Source of the DNA: an uncultured delta proteobacterium
Lineage (GTDB): Bacteria; Myxococcota_A; Polyangia; Fen-1088
Assembly: GCA_963796685.1 (NCBI GenBank)
Contig: CAWCMR010000025.1
Coordinates: 256,001-320,000 of the forward strand
Length of the DNA stretch: 64,000 nucleotides
Reading direction: 5' to 3'
The notes under the pieces were generated by a model. It did no database searches and was not told the DNA's origin. It was given only the letters and a program-made list of their open reading frames with translations. Within the stretch, counting starts at the first letter, position 1. Each line of letters begins with the position of its first letter. A program made the translations under genes and the position numbers. This document shows, piece by piece, positions 27,396 through 39,700 of this stretch.

Positions 27396-28787
27396 ATGAG
27401 ACTTCAACCCACCCGTCTGCCCTGGAGCTTGTTGCTACTACTTGGTGTCGTGAGCGTAGGCCTCTGGGCCTGCAGCCAATCGAGCAGCAGCGGCGGCGGC
27501 CACACCGGGGGGACCACCGGTTCATCAGGGGGCTCTGGCGGCACGGCCTCAGGAGGCACCAGCGGTGGTTCCGGCGGCACCACCAGCTCGGGTGGAACCA
27601 CCGCTTCTGGCGGCACGACCGGCGCTGGCGGAACCGTTGCAGCCGGTGGAGCGAAGGGCGCGGGCGGAGTTCAGGGAACCGGAGGCACGAAAATCCCGGG
27701 CTCGGGAGGCAGTGGTTCAGGTGGCAGCAGCGCCGGCTCGGGTGGTAGCTCCATGGGTACTGGCGGAGAGGCTGGCGGTGGCGGAAGCAACGCGACCGGC
27801 GGTGCCAACGCCTCCGGCGGCGTCAACTCAACCGGCGGCGTCAACGCGACCGGCGGCGTCAACGCGACCGGCGGCGTCAACGCAACCGGCGGCATGTCGG
27901 GCGCAGGTGGACAAAATACGGGTGCGGGAGGAAGCTCGCAATCCACAGCCTGCCCGTCGACCGTGTTGAAATCGGGCGATACGACGGTATCGCTGCAGGT
28001 GGGCACAGCGCAACGCTCCTATATTTTGCACGTTCCCTCGGCATACAAAGGCACCACGGCAGTACCTCTCGTTGTGGACTTCCATCCCATCACGGGCACG
28101 GACACAGGGGAAGAAGGAGGTTCCCCCTTCAAGGCGCTGACCGATCCCGAGGGTGTCATCACGGCGTATCCGCAGGGAGAAAGCGGCCCGATCGGCGCTG
28201 CGTGGAACGTTGGGCCCTGCTGTGTGGCCAACGTCGACGACGTGGCATTTGCCAAGGCCCTCGTCGCCCAAGTCGAGACCAAAGCGTGCATCGATACCAA
28301 GCGCGTATACGCCGTTGGTTTCTCGATGGGCGGCGGCATGTCCCACTACATTGCTTGCCACGGGGCGGATATCTTCGCTGCCGTCGCCCCCACCGCCTTC
28401 GATCTCCTCGGGACCTCATCGGACATCTCGACGGGAAACGTGGCCGATTGCAAACCGACGCGTCCGATCCCGGTGCTCTCGTTCCGAGGCACACAGGACA
28501 CCACCGCTCTCTACAACGGTGGGGATTCGAATGTGGTGCCTGGCATGTCGATATACTTCCTCGGCGCAGAGGCCTGCTGGAAGCAATGGGCGCAGATCGA
28601 CGGGTGCACGGACACGCCGACCTATCCTGCGACTCCGAATAGCGACGTGTACAACTGCGCCTATTACAAGCAGTGCCAGGGTGGTGTCCAAGTGGGCGTT
28701 TGCATCAACAACTACAAGCACGCGTACGCAAGTGCGGCTGGCGCCCAGACCGGTTGGACGTTCCTCAAGCAATTCACCCTTCCGTAG
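27396..28787 (+). CDS. Lipoprotein esterase, LpqC/PHB-depolymerase/feruloyl-esterase-like, with Gly-rich linker
   Basis: Lipobox LWAC, GGAGGA SD, RSYILHVP, AWNVGPCC, DDVAF, CIDTKRVYAVGFSMGGGM (GxSxG). Confidence 0.85.
   Translation: MRLQPTRLPWSLLLLLGVVSVGLWACSQSSSSGGGHTGGTTGSSGGSGGTASGGTSGGSGGTTSSGGTTASGGTTGAGGTVAAGGAKGAGGVQGTGGTKIPGSGGSGSGGSSAGSGGSSMGTGGEAGGGGSNATGGANASGGVNSTGGVNATGGVNATGGVNATGGMSGAGGQNTGAGGSSQSTACPSTVLKSGDTTVSLQVGTAQRSYILHVPSAYKGTTAVPLVVDFHPITGTDTGEEGGSPFKALTDPEGVITAYPQGESGPIGAAWNVGPCCVANVDDVAFAKALVAQVETKACIDTKRVYAVGFSMGGGMSHYIACHGADIFAAVAPTAFDLLGTSSDISTGNVADCKPTRPIPVLSFRGTQDTTALYNGGDSNVVPGMSIYFLGAEACWKQWAQIDGCTDTPTYPATPNSDVYNCAYYKQCQGGVQVGVCINNYKHAYASAAGAQTGWTFLKQFTLP
27788..27895 (+). 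repeat. 18-bp coding tandem repeat x6 (NATGGV-like)
   Basis: Consensus CAACGCGACCGGCGGCGT, six units. Confidence 0.9.
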
Positions 28788-28945
28788 CTCGCGCATAGCA
28801 TCGAGCACGAAGACTTCTCCCAACAGCACGCTCGGGGTGGGCGCCACCCACCCCTGCCCTGTATCTGTGATCGCAGACCTCTACAGAAGCGCTGGGGATT
28901 CCAGTGGCTGTCGGAGGCGCGTTCGGCGTCAGGCTGCGTCCCGCA

Positions 28946-30871
28946 TCAGCGCGCAGAGCCCCAGCGCTCGAGCCAGCGCTCGAACATGAACAGGGTCCAA
29001 AGTGCCTTGCGCCGATCGCGCCGGCCGGACATGTGATCGCCGACGAGCCCCTCGACGAAGACCGGATCGAAGAAGCCCTCGCGCCGAAGCTTTTCGGGCG
29101 CCAGCTCGTCGCGTAGCGCCGAGGACAAATCCTCGCGCATCCAGCGCGCCACCGGCACGGCGAAGCCTTGCTTCTTTCGCTCCAGAATGTCGTCGGGCAA
29201 GCGGCCGCGCATGGCCCGCTTGAGAATGTATTTCGGCGTTCGCCAGCGCAGGCGTTGGTAAGGCGGCAAACGGCATGCAAACTCGACCAGTGCCGTGTCG
29301 AGAAAGGGCGCACGCACCTCGAGCCCGACGGCGCCCGAGGCGCGATCCACCTTGGTGTTGACGTCGCCCGGAAGATAGAAATGAGCGTAGGTGTCCATCA
29401 GGCGATCCCAGTCCGTGCGCGCCGGTCCGTCGCTCGCGCGCTGGTCGACGATGTCCAAGGGGTCGCGGACGACTTGGTGTCCGAGCTCGGGCGCGAGCAG
29501 CCGGGCCAGGTGCTCGGGCAGAAAGGACGCCATCCAGCGTTGATGTCGCCGCGGACCTGGCATGGCCCCACCCTGCAGGAATTGGTTCACCTTGAAGTCG
29601 AGGCTGAAATAGTCGGCCCGCGCCGGAAGTAGGCGAGCCACGGATGCAACCACCCGACGCACAGGTTCCGGCATGCGATCGAAATAGAGGCGGCCCCAGG
29701 CCTCGGCCAAGAAGGTCTGGTAGCCGGCGAAGAGCTCGTCCCCCCCGTCGCCGCCCAGGGCGACCGTGACGTGGCGACGGGTGAACGCCGACAAGAGGTA
29801 GGTCGGCACGATCGAGGCATCGGCCAAGGGCTCGTCGAGGAAGTCCACCACCTTGGGCAGGACGTCGAGCAGCGCGCGCGCATCCAAGCGCTCTTCGCTG
29901 TGCCTCGTGCCGAGGTGACGGGCCACGCGCCGGGCGTGGCTGCTCTCGTCGAAGGAAGCGTCGGAGAAACCGACGGAAAACGTGCGCACGTTGTCCGGAC
30001 CGGCCAGCTCGGCCGCCAGCGCCGCGACACTGGACGAGTCGATCCCGCCCGACAGGAAGATCCCCACCGGCACGTCGGCCACCAGTCGGCGCCGAACCGC
30101 CGCGAGCAGCAACGTGCGCAGCTCGGCAGCCGCCTCGTCGTCGCTCGCCGCGCGCGGCTGGTCGGCGAACGGAAAATCCCAGTAGCGGTCGATGCGCGGC
30201 TCGCAGGCCGCGTCGGTACGAGCCTCCAGCCGCAAGCGCTGTCCGGCACCCAGTTTGCGAGCCCCGCGGAAGATGGTGTGGGGCTGGGGAACGTACTCGT
30301 GTACGAGGTAGCGACCGAGCGCCTCGTGGTCGATGCCGCGGTCGAACCCCGGCACGCCGAGCAGCGCCTTGAGCTCGGAGGCAAAGGCAAAGAGCGGCGG
30401 CGCGCCGGCGCGCGCGATACTGGCGAAATGAAGCGGCTTCTTGCCCATGCGATCGCGCGCGGCCAGAAGCCGGCGGTGGCGTGCATCCCACAAGGCGAAG
30501 GCGAACATGCCGTCGATGCGATTCACCACCTCGTCGCCCCACTCCTCGTAACCGTGCACGAGCACCTCGGTGTCGCCCTGCGAGTGAAAGACATGCCCGC
30601 GTGCCTCCAGCTCCGCGCGCAGGTCGGCGAAGTTGTAGATCTCGCCGTTGAACACGACCTGCACGCCGCCGTCCTCGTTGCCGAGCGGCTGTGCCGCCGC
30701 GTCGGTCAAATCGATGACCGCCAGACGCCTATGCCCCAGCGCCACGCCCGGCGCCCGCCAGTAGCCCTCGCCGTCCGGCCCGCGCGGCGCGAGCGCGCGC
30801 GTCATGCCTACGATCCAACCGGGATCGATCTCTGCCCAAGTCGGGTCGATGAGACCGGCGATGCCACACAT
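28946..30871 (-). CDS. asnB: Asparagine synthase (glutamine-hydrolysing) family amidotransferase
   Basis: MCGIAG, RGPDGEG, GHRRLAVID, FNGEIYN, LSGGIDSS, GDGGDELFAGY, EVRAPFLD, KQGF. Confidence 0.95.
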   Translation of the reverse strand: MCGIAGLIDPTWAEIDPGWIVGMTRALAPRGPDGEGYWRAPGVALGHRRLAVIDLTDAAAQPLGNEDGGVQVVFNGEIYNFADLRAELEARGHVFHSQGDTEVLVHGYEEWGDEVVNRIDGMFAFALWDARHRRLLAARDRMGKKPLHFASIARAGAPPLFAFASELKALLGVPGFDRGIDHEALGRYLVHEYVPQPHTIFRGARKLGAGQRLRLEARTDAACEPRIDRYWDFPFADQPRAASDDEAAAELRTLLLAAVRRRLVADVPVGIFLSGGIDSSSVAALAAELAGPDNVRTFSVGFSDASFDESSHARRVARHLGTRHSEERLDARALLDVLPKVVDFLDEPLADASIVPTYLLSAFTRRHVTVALGGDGGDELFAGYQTFLAEAWGRLYFDRMPEPVRRVVASVARLLPARADYFSLDFKVNQFLQGGAMPGPRRHQRWMASFLPEHLARLLAPELGHQVVRDPLDIVDQRASDGPARTDWDRLMDTYAHFYLPGDVNTKVDRASGAVGLEVRAPFLDTALVEFACRLPPYQRLRWRTPKYILKRAMRGRLPDDILERKKQGFAVPVARWMREDLSSALRDELAPEKLRREGFFDPVFVEGLVGDHMSGRRDRRKALWTLFMFERWLERWGSAR

Positions 30872-30969
30872 CCGGCCAAGAGTATCGCAGACGCGCCCAT
30901 GGGGGGCATTCGTCGACACCCCTTCTTGTAGTCGCCCTCCCCTGGCAACGGTTTCGTTGCGGACTCGGC

Positions 30970-33900
30970 TCACCTCAGGCCCAGCCGGCCGCGCGGGTCG
31001 AGCAGGCGGTAGATGGAGGGAAGGGCGAAGAGGACCAGGGGGCCGGAGAGCACGAAGCCGCCGATCACGCCGATGGCCAGCGGTTGGATGAGCTGCGAGC
31101 CCTCGCCGATGGCCAGCGCCAAGGGCGCGAGGGCCAGCCCGGTCGCCAGGATGGTCATGGATACCGGCCGCGCGCGCCGACGCGCGGCGGTCTCCCAGGC
31201 GCTGCGCACGTCGGCACCGCGCCCGAGCTCCAGGCGCGCCTCGTGGATGACGAAGATGGCGTTCTCGCCCACGATGCCGACCATCATGATGGCGGCCACG
31301 AAGCTGGAGATGTTCAAGGTCAGGTGGGTCACCCAGAGCAGGCCGAAGACGCCGGCCAGGGCCGCGAGCGCGATGAGGCAGGTGACCAGGGGCGCGCGCC
31401 AGTCGCCGAACTCGAGCAACACGACCGCCGCCACCAGGACCAGCCCGGCGAGCAGGACGGAGAGCAGATCGCGGAAAGACGCCTGTTGTTGCTGGTAGAG
31501 CCCGCCGTAGCGGATCGTCATGTGTGGGCTAAGCATGATTGCGTGCCCGAGGTGCGCGCGGATCTCGGCCATGGCACTACCCAGATCGCGCCCGGTGAGG
31601 CGCGCGGTCACGCCGACGTACGAGCGCAGGTTCTCGCGATCGATCTCGGTCTCGGGCGGCCCGGTGGTGAGGGTGGCCAGTCGGCTCGCGGGCAGCAGCG
31701 CGCCCGACGGGGTGCGCACCAGGAGATCGGTGAGCCCGGCCTGGCCCTCCCGCTCGGTTCGTGCAAGCACGCGCAGGTCGTACAAGCGCTCGCCCTCGCG
31801 TACCTGCCCCACGACCGTGCCGCTGATGGCGGGCGCGAGCGCGGTATGCAGATCGGAGGTGCTCATGCCCGCCCGCGCCGCCGCCTCCCGGTCGATGCGG
31901 ATGTCGAGGGCCGGGCCGGCGATCACGATGCCGTCGAACACGTCGGTGACGCCGCGGATCTTGCCGATGAGCTTGGCGATGGCCCGCGCCTTCTCCTGGA
32001 TCGACCCCTGACGGTCGCCGAACACGCGGATGTCGATGGGCTGCGCCGCCCCGCCCGTGAGATCCCCGATGTTGTCTTCCAGTAGCTGGCCGAAGTCGGT
32101 GTGCACCGCGGGCTCGATGCGGGCGATGCGCGCCCGCAGGTCGTCGATGATCGCCCCGACCGGACGGCGGCTCCGCCGCGGCCCGAGCCGGATGACGTAG
32201 TCGCCCCGGTTGGGCTCGGTGATGAAGAATCCGAGCTGGGTGCCGGTACGCCGGGAATAGGTCACGACGCCCGGGGTGGCCATGATGGCGGCATCCACGT
32301 ACGACAACATGGCGTCGGTATCCGACAGCGAGGTCCCGGGCGGCGTCCAGTAGTCGAGGATGATCAATCCCTCATCCATGGCGGGCAGGAAGTCCGATCC
32401 CAGGTGCCGGTAGATCACGTAGCCTCCGCCTAGACACGCGAGCACGCCGATGAAGGATAGGACAGGCACGCGCAGGAGAAAGCGCACGACGGCCCGATAG
32501 CTCCCGGCCAATCTCTCGGGTAAGCGGCCGAGGATGCGATGGCCCGCGGCCGGGCGGGACCGGGGCGTCCGCTTGTGCTGCCGGCCGAGGGCCAGGGGCA
32601 CGAGCACCAGCGCCAGGAGAAACGAGACGCCGAGGGCCAAGGCCATGGTGAACGCAAGCGGCTTGAAGAAGGCCCCCACCACCCCGCCGAGCAACGCGAA
32701 GGGCACCAGGATGACGATGGTCGAGAAGCTCGACCCGACCAGAGCGGGCCCGAGCTCGCGCACCCCGACTGCCACCGCGTCCTCTTCGCCGCGTTCCGCG
32801 TGGCGGTGCACGTTCTCGACCACGACGATGGCGTCGTCCACGATGAGCCCGATCGCAGCCGCGAACCCGGCCAGGGTCATGAGGTTGAGGGTGAGCCCGG
32901 CGACGGCCAGTCCGAGCCCGACCATGGCCGCGCACGCCGGCACCGTGAGGATCGCGACCAGGGCCGGACGCAAGCGACGGAGAAAGAGGAGCAGCACGAC
33001 GAGGGCGAGCCCAACCCCGATCACGACCGCGTCGCGCGTCCCGGACAAGGCTCCCGACACGAACGCCGCCTGATCGTAGAAGGTGGACCAGCGCACGCCC
33101 GCCGGCAGGAGATCCGACCGCTCGCGCAGCAGCTTGCGCACGCCGGCGGCGATGGCGATCGTGCTCGCGCTCGGCTGGCGGATGACGTTCACGAGCACGG
33201 CCGGCTGGCCGCCCGCGGTGGTGCGCACGTAGGACACCTCATCCGCGCTCGTCACCTTGCCGAGCTCGCCCAGGCGCACCGGCACGCCCCCTGGTACCGG
33301 GACGGCCATGCGCCGGATCGCCTCCACGCTGTCCGCGCGGCCGTCGACCAAGGCGAGGTAGAGCTCGTGGTTCTCTTCATGGAGGCCGGCGGACAGCACC
33401 TGGTCGTCGGCGTGGATGGCCCGAATGACCTCGGCCACGCCAAGACCGCGTCCAAGCAGGGAAGCACGGTCGAGCCGCACCTCGATCTCGCGTCGGCGGC
33501 CGCCCTGGATCTGCACCTGAGCGACCCCGGGGATGCGGATGAGCTTCCGGCTTGAGAGTGTACTCTGCGAGCGTGCGCAGCTCGGCCTGGGTCTTGTCGT
33601 CCGAGGTGAGGGCGTAGCCGAGGATCGGGAATACGGCCGGGTTCATCCATTCGATGTCCAGCCTGGTCTCGGGCGGCAGTGTGGGGCGCACGCGCTCTGC
33701 CTCGGCCTGGACCCGCGCCAAGGCCACCTGCATGTTCGTGCCCCAATGAAACTCGGCGGTCAGCTCGCACGAGCCCCGGGACGTCGTGGAGCGCACCAGG
33801 TGCACGCCTGGCACACGAAGCGCGGCCTCCTCCAGGGGGCGGGTCACGGTCGGCATCATGCGCGCGGCCGGCTCCTCGCCCACGTCGGCGATGACCTTGA

Positions 33901-34033
33901 CCAGGGGAAACGTGACCGAAGGGAAGATCGACGACGGCAGGCGGCTGGCCGCGATGGCGCCGGCAAGCGCGACGATGCCCGCGATCAGGAAGGCCGCGCC
34001 CTGTCGCCGTCGCATCCGTTCGACGAAGGTCAT
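30970..34033 (-). CDS. RND efflux permease (AcrB/CusA family); +1 frameshift near 33541-33547
   Basis: The N-terminus MTFVERMRR...FPSVTFP...TRPLEEA is in one frame and the rest (IGLIVDDAIVVVEN, RARPVSMT, QPLAIGVIGG) is in the next. Confidence 0.9.
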
Positions 34034-35023
34034 GGCTCCACCTGTACGTGCGCCCCCTGCGGGAGCCCGACCTGGCCCGCGACCACCACGCGCGTGCCGG
34101 GCTGGATGGGCGAGGACAGAAGCTCCACCAAGGCGCCTTCGGCGAGCCCGACCTCGACCGTCACCCAATGGGCATGGTCCGTGGCATCCACGACTGCCAC
34201 GCGGGATGTCCCCGTCACATCGTCGCGCAGCACGGCCGCCTTCGGCACCACCAGCGCCCCCGGATGCTTTCCCACCGTGATGTGCGCGACCCCGAACAGA
34301 TTGATCTCGGACGGTCGCTCGCCCCGGACGAAGTCGAGCCGGATCGGCGCCGTGAGAATCGGTGGCCGACCCGCCCGGCAACACCGCGTGCACGGTGGCC
34401 CGCAGGGGCCTCGCAGCCGCGGCGAGCGCGATGGTCGCGGGTTGCCCGGGCCTGATCGCGTCCAGATCGACCTGGGCGATGTTCGCCATGAACACGATGG
34501 CGTCGGTGGCGACGATGACGACCACGGATTGATTGGCGTCGAGACGCGCGTCCTCGTCCGCCTGGTGCGACAGCACGATGCCATTCTCGGGCGCGCGCAG
34601 AGTGGTCTTGACCAGGCCGCGCTGGGCGAGCGCGAGCGCGCGCGTGGCCGCCTCGCGCTGGGCCCGCGTCGTGGCCGAGGCCAGCATGGCGCGCGCCCCT
34701 TCCAGCGCGGCCTCGCTGTCACGGGAGACGATCCAGCCCAGGGCCTGGCCGCCCCTCACCTGGTCGCCGTCGCTCACCACCAGGTCGAGCAGCATGCCCG
34801 CGAACGGCGCGCGCACCACCTGGGTCTCGCTGCTCTCGGTGCGGCCCGGGCCGCTGACGATCACCGGCACGTCCTGCCGGGTGGCGCGCGCGACCTTCAC
34901 CGGGACCGCCAAGGTCGGCGCGCCGGCGTCGTCCACCCGCGCTTGGGGAGCACGCGCGCCCGAGCGGCAGCCCCCTGCGAGCAGCAACCAGACGAGCGCG
35001 GTCCGAGCCCATGGTCGTCCCAT
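34030..35023 (-). CDS. RND efflux periplasmic adaptor subunit; +1 frameshift near 34356-34360
   Basis: Lipobox AGGC, VRAPFAG...GDQV and LRAPENG; second frame ALVVPKAAV...VEVGL...VVVAGQVGL; ATGA overlap with the permease. Confidence 0.88.
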
Positions 35024-35030
35024 GATCCTG

Positions 35031-36366
35031 TCACGGACCTCCCCAGCGCAGGACTTTCGCCTGCGCGATCCGGTAGGCCAGCAGCGCCCGCGCGGCTGCC
35101 ACCTCCGACTGAACCCACCTACGGTGGGCGTCCAAGACCGCCAAGGCCGTGCTGGCGCCCCCGCGGTACAGACTCTCCTCGGCCAGAAAGGCGTCGCGCG
35201 ACTTGGGCACGGCCTCGGCGAAGAGCTGCAATTGCCGGTAGAGCGCCGGGAAGCTCGAGGCGCGCGCCTTCTGCGGCCAGCCGGGCCCCGCGATACACCA
35301 CGACCTGCTGGTCGCGCGCCCGATCGAGCGCGATCTGCGCCTGCTCAAGCCGGGCGCGATAAGCCCCGAAGTCGAACAGGGTCCAGTCGTACGACAACAT
35401 GAGGGACAGCCCGAATCCGCGTAGCGCGCGCTGGCCGAAGGGATCGCCCGGATAGCGTGCGTCCGCGACCCCGAGGTAACCGCCCCCGAGCTCGTAGAAG
35501 AGGTGCGGCTTGCGCTCGGCCCGAGCCACGGCGATGCCGTGGTCAGCGGCCGAGACGTCCGCGGCGGCGCCCGCGAGATCCGGAACCGCGCGCCAGGGTT
35601 GTTGCCCGCTCGGCGGTCGTGGCGGCATCGTGGGCGCCGGCAGCTCGGCCACGGACAGGGGCGCGCGTGGATCGCGGCCGAGCACGTCGTTGAGGGCATA
35701 GCGGGCCTGGCCGAGCCTGAGCTCGGCGTCCGCGGCGGCAATCCGCTGGGTCGCAAGCTCGGCCTCGGTCTTGAGCCGGTCCGTCTCGAGACCCTGTCCC
35801 CCGAGCTGGCGCAAGCAGATATCGTCCAGGTACTTTGCCAGGCGATCCACCGCCTCGTTCTCCACCGACACCGCGGCGGCGGCTTCCACGACCGTGCTGA
35901 AGCGGATGCGGACCTCGAAATCCACGTCCGCCTCGGCCACCTGGTAGCGAGCCACGAAACCGGCGGCGGCGGCGCTCGCCACCGCCTCGCGGGCCCGCAG
36001 GGCACCGCCATCGTAGAGCGGGCCGCGCGCGAAGAGCTCGAGGCGCTCCTCGCTGCCGTTGTTCGGGTAGGCGCTGGCGGGGGTGGCATAGCGCAAGTCT
36101 CCCTCGCCCGATAGGGCAGGCCACAGCTCGGCGCGCGCCTCGCGAATCCGGGCCTGGCCGCTCTCCACATCCATGCGCGCCACCGGCAGGCGGGCGTTCG
36201 CGGCCCGGGCCTCGCGCAGGGCCGCCTGCAAGGTCAGGGGCTGGTCGCAACGGGCCCGGGCAGGCCACAAGGCCGTGAGCGCAGCGGACAGCAGCGCACC
36301 GGCGCGCAGACGAAACCGAGCAGCGGAAAATCCCGGCGAACCCCACATGCCCGCAAGCGACGCCAT
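35031..36366 (-). CDS. TolC-family outer membrane factor; +1 frameshift near 35250-35256
   Basis: PLTLQAALREA and WTLFDFG; second frame YRGGASTALAVLDA; first gene of the RND operon. Confidence 0.85.
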
Positions 36367-36796
36367 TCCTGGTTCGTAGCGCGCGCCCGCCGCAAATCAA
36401 GATGCCCCGCGCAACCCGAGTCACTCTTCGAGGAAGTGGCAGAATGGGCGTCGCTGTGCGGCACCACCTTCTACCAGCATCACATGGGAAAACATCGGCG
36501 CTACGGTCGATGGAGGAACCGATCTGGCTCGCGGACGAGATGGGTAGCCAGTGCGGGGGACGGAACGCCTGCTCGCCGACCAACGGCACTTGGCCGACCG
36601 CAACGACGCCCGACGATTTCCGAGTGCGCACAGTCGGCCTCGGTCTACGAGATCGCGGTCTTCGGTGCCAAGCGGGCCGGCCCCAACTCGGACTTAGAGA
36701 ATCTCGCTCAACGGCTTCACCACCAAGCGCTCGCTCTGCACGTCGAACCCCTGAAACTCGTCCGCAGGGTATCGCTCGGGGCTCGGCCTCGCCGGC

Positions 36797-39700
36797 ATGG
36801 CCAGCACCGAGGTGGCCATCCCCTTCGTGGAAGATCCCGAGTGGAAATGGATCCTCTCGACGCGCACGGCGACGGGCCACGGCGATGAAGCGGAAGCGAC
36901 CGTCACCCTCGGCGTGCGCGAGGAGACCCCGCAGGCGCCTTCGCTACGCGCGCACTGGCTGGTGAAGGCCGCGCCTCCAGGGAGCAAGGCGGCCTTCGTC
37001 GTGGAGGTGCGCGATGGTACGGGTCGAGGAATCCCGAAGCTGCCCTTGCGCTACTGGGTCGGGCCGCGCGGCACGCAGGCGCCCAAGGACGACAAGGCTT
37101 GGCTTTCCGCCTCGACGGAGATGCGCACCGATGCCGACGGCCACGCCACCGCGACGGTGGAGGCGCCCAGGACGATCTCGCCGCGGAGATCCAGTTTCAC
37201 TCTGGTGACCAAGGCCCTGGTCGAGGGACACCCGCTCGTGGGCCAGGATACCCTGGCGCTGGCCACGCCTGCTCCGGAGCTGGAGCTGCAGCCCGAGCTC
37301 GGCGTCCTTCTGCCCGGCCAACCACAGCGGCTCTTCCTCCATGCCTCCCTCGACGAAAAGCCCATGGCCGCCGAATTCGCGTTGACCGGACACGGGCTCG
37401 ACGCTCGCGTGCGAACCGATGCGCGCGGCTGGGGCCAGGTGGTATGGAACCTTCCGCCCGAGGTCGGCGCCCTGGTGCCCGACAAGGCCAACACCGGTTG
37501 CGCGGGCGAAGTGGCGGCCACGGTGCACGTGCGCCGGATCGCCTCGGGTGGCATGGCGGCCTCTGGCATCGACCGCTGTCTGCGCGTGGATCGTGATGCG
37601 GTCGCCGCGGTTCGCCCCGGTCGACCGATGGTGAAAGCCGGCGAGCCCCTGCCTGTGCGCATTCTTGGAGGCAAGGGCTCGGCCAGTGTGATGCTGCAAG
37701 GTCCGGGGGAAGGTGTCTGGCAGAGCGCCTGGCTCGGCGACGCGGCCCGCGGCGGCACGGTGACGCTGCCCCCGTTGGCAAAAGGCGAATGGACCCTCGG
37801 GGCCGCGGGCATGGCCACGCCGAAGAACAAAAACGTGCTCGGCGGCCAGGTCTTGGTCTTGCCGCGCGTGCTGCCCCGCCTTTCCATCACGCAAGAGAAA
37901 GCCGACGGCATCGCGCCCGGCGGCCACGTGGTCGTCCAGGCTGTGCTCGACGACGGGCACGGACAACCCCTGACCGGAAGCGTGGGTGCGGTGGTGTTCG
38001 ACAAGGCGGGGGGCACCCATCCCGAACGCCTGCTGGCCCTGGACACCCGCCGCTCGCTGGCCGCCACGGCGGGTATCGCCGACCGGGACGTGGATGCGTT
38101 CCTCGACGGCGACAGCACCTTCGACATCGCGCGCTGGGCCGCCGTGGCCAAGGGTGCCGGCGCGCCCCCGCCCCCTGCCTTCGATCCGCTGGCGACGGTC
38201 GACGAGGATATCGACAAGGCGTTCCGCGAGATCGTGCAATCCCTGGATGGTCGGAGACGTGGTGGAGGTTCCGATTCGTCTGCGCAACCGCACGGCCAGG
38301 ATGGTGACCGCTTCGTTGCACCTGGCCGCCACGGGCGCGGCCCGGATGCTCGACACCAGCGCGAGCCAGCGAGAAATTCCGGTTCCCGCGCAGTCGATGG
38401 TCACGGTCACGGCGCGGATGCGCGGCACCTCGGTCGGCAACGCGACGCTGGATGCGACGATCGAAGGCGCGGGGCTTGCCGATCGGTTGAAACATGAATG
38501 GGCCGTTCGGCCGGCCGGGGAAACCGTCCTGGCCGAGAACGTGCGCTGGCTGGATCGAAGCGCGGAGGTGCCTCTGCCCGCCCCGACGTCAGAGATGCCG
38601 GCGCAGGGAGCCGGCCGTCTCGTGCTCGAGCGAGGCATCGCCCCCATCATCGCGGCGGCCCTCGATTCCTTCCAGCCCGAGCACCTGACCGGCGAGCGCG
38701 CGTTCGCCGACGCCCTGGAGGTTTTCGGCCGCGTGCGCGCGTGGGCCATCGTCCACAGTGGCGAGGGCGACGCGCTGGCGATCCGCGCGCGCGCGCTGGC
38801 TCGCCAGGTACCGGAACACGAGAGGGTGCAGCGCAAGCCAAGGTCCGAGCAGAGCTGGGAGCAGCCGTTGCGGGCACGGGCGCGATTCTGGCAGGCGATT
38901 GCGAATCCCCACGAAAGACCGGACATCGAACGAGACCATCCCAAGTGCCCGCCGGCCAAGGTGCCTCCCATTCCCGAAGCCTTGGACTGGCTTGCCATCG
39001 TTCCGCGATCGGATCGGGGAACCGAAAATGCCTGCTGGGAGGCCCTGCGGGCCTCGGTCCTCAATCAGCTCTCCGTCGAGAAGAACCCACTGATCCTGGC
39101 GCGCGCGGTGCTCTCCTTCCTGGATTCGCCGTCGCAGACCGCGGTGGCGACCGCCTTGGCAGCTCGTCTGACCGCCCTGGTCCTCGTGCGAAACGACGGA
39201 ACCGTGATTCTGCCCTCCGGGCTGGCCGACGACCGCGCCACCCGCGCCATCGTCGTGGCCGCTCTCGCACGATCGGCGAAATTGCGCGGTGGCGATAAGC
39301 GAGCTACCACGGCGGTGCTGTGGCCGCGCCTGCTCGTGGAAAGAGACGACAAGGGCGGCTACGGATCGGCGGAAGCCACTCTCCAGGTCGTGCGGGCGTT
39401 GCTCGAAATCGGTGGCACGGCAGCCTCGCCCACGGCCATTCGGTGCACCGAGCTTACGGCCGCGGGCAAGCCGCTCGCGCAACGAGAGTTGACCCTCGCC
39501 GCGGACAGCACGGTGACGTTGCAACTTTCCCCCGCGGCCAGCAGCGCCCGCATCGAGACCTCGTCGCCGGGTTTGCTGGCTCGCGCACAGCGCCCTCTGT
39601 TCCGCTCCTACTTCCTGCCCGCCGACGAGGCCGCAAGTCCACTGCACCTGGATCTCGCCATGCCCAAGCCGGCGAGCAAGGAAGGCGTGTCCTCGCTGCA

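Noticed and set aside
27788-27895. Tandem repeats here and at 43787-43840 as CRISPR arrays
   Set aside because: They have no spacers, are in-frame coding repeats, and no cas genes are present.
28946-30871. asnB as a lasso-peptide cyclase
   Set aside because: It has an intact N-terminal Cys glutaminase domain, and no precursor, B protein or RRE gene is nearby.
30970-36366. RND operon as a decayed pseudo-operon or programmed frameshifting
   Set aside because: Each gene has exactly one +1 event and no internal stops, there are no slippery heptamers, and the events share a sequence context. A systematic error is more likely.
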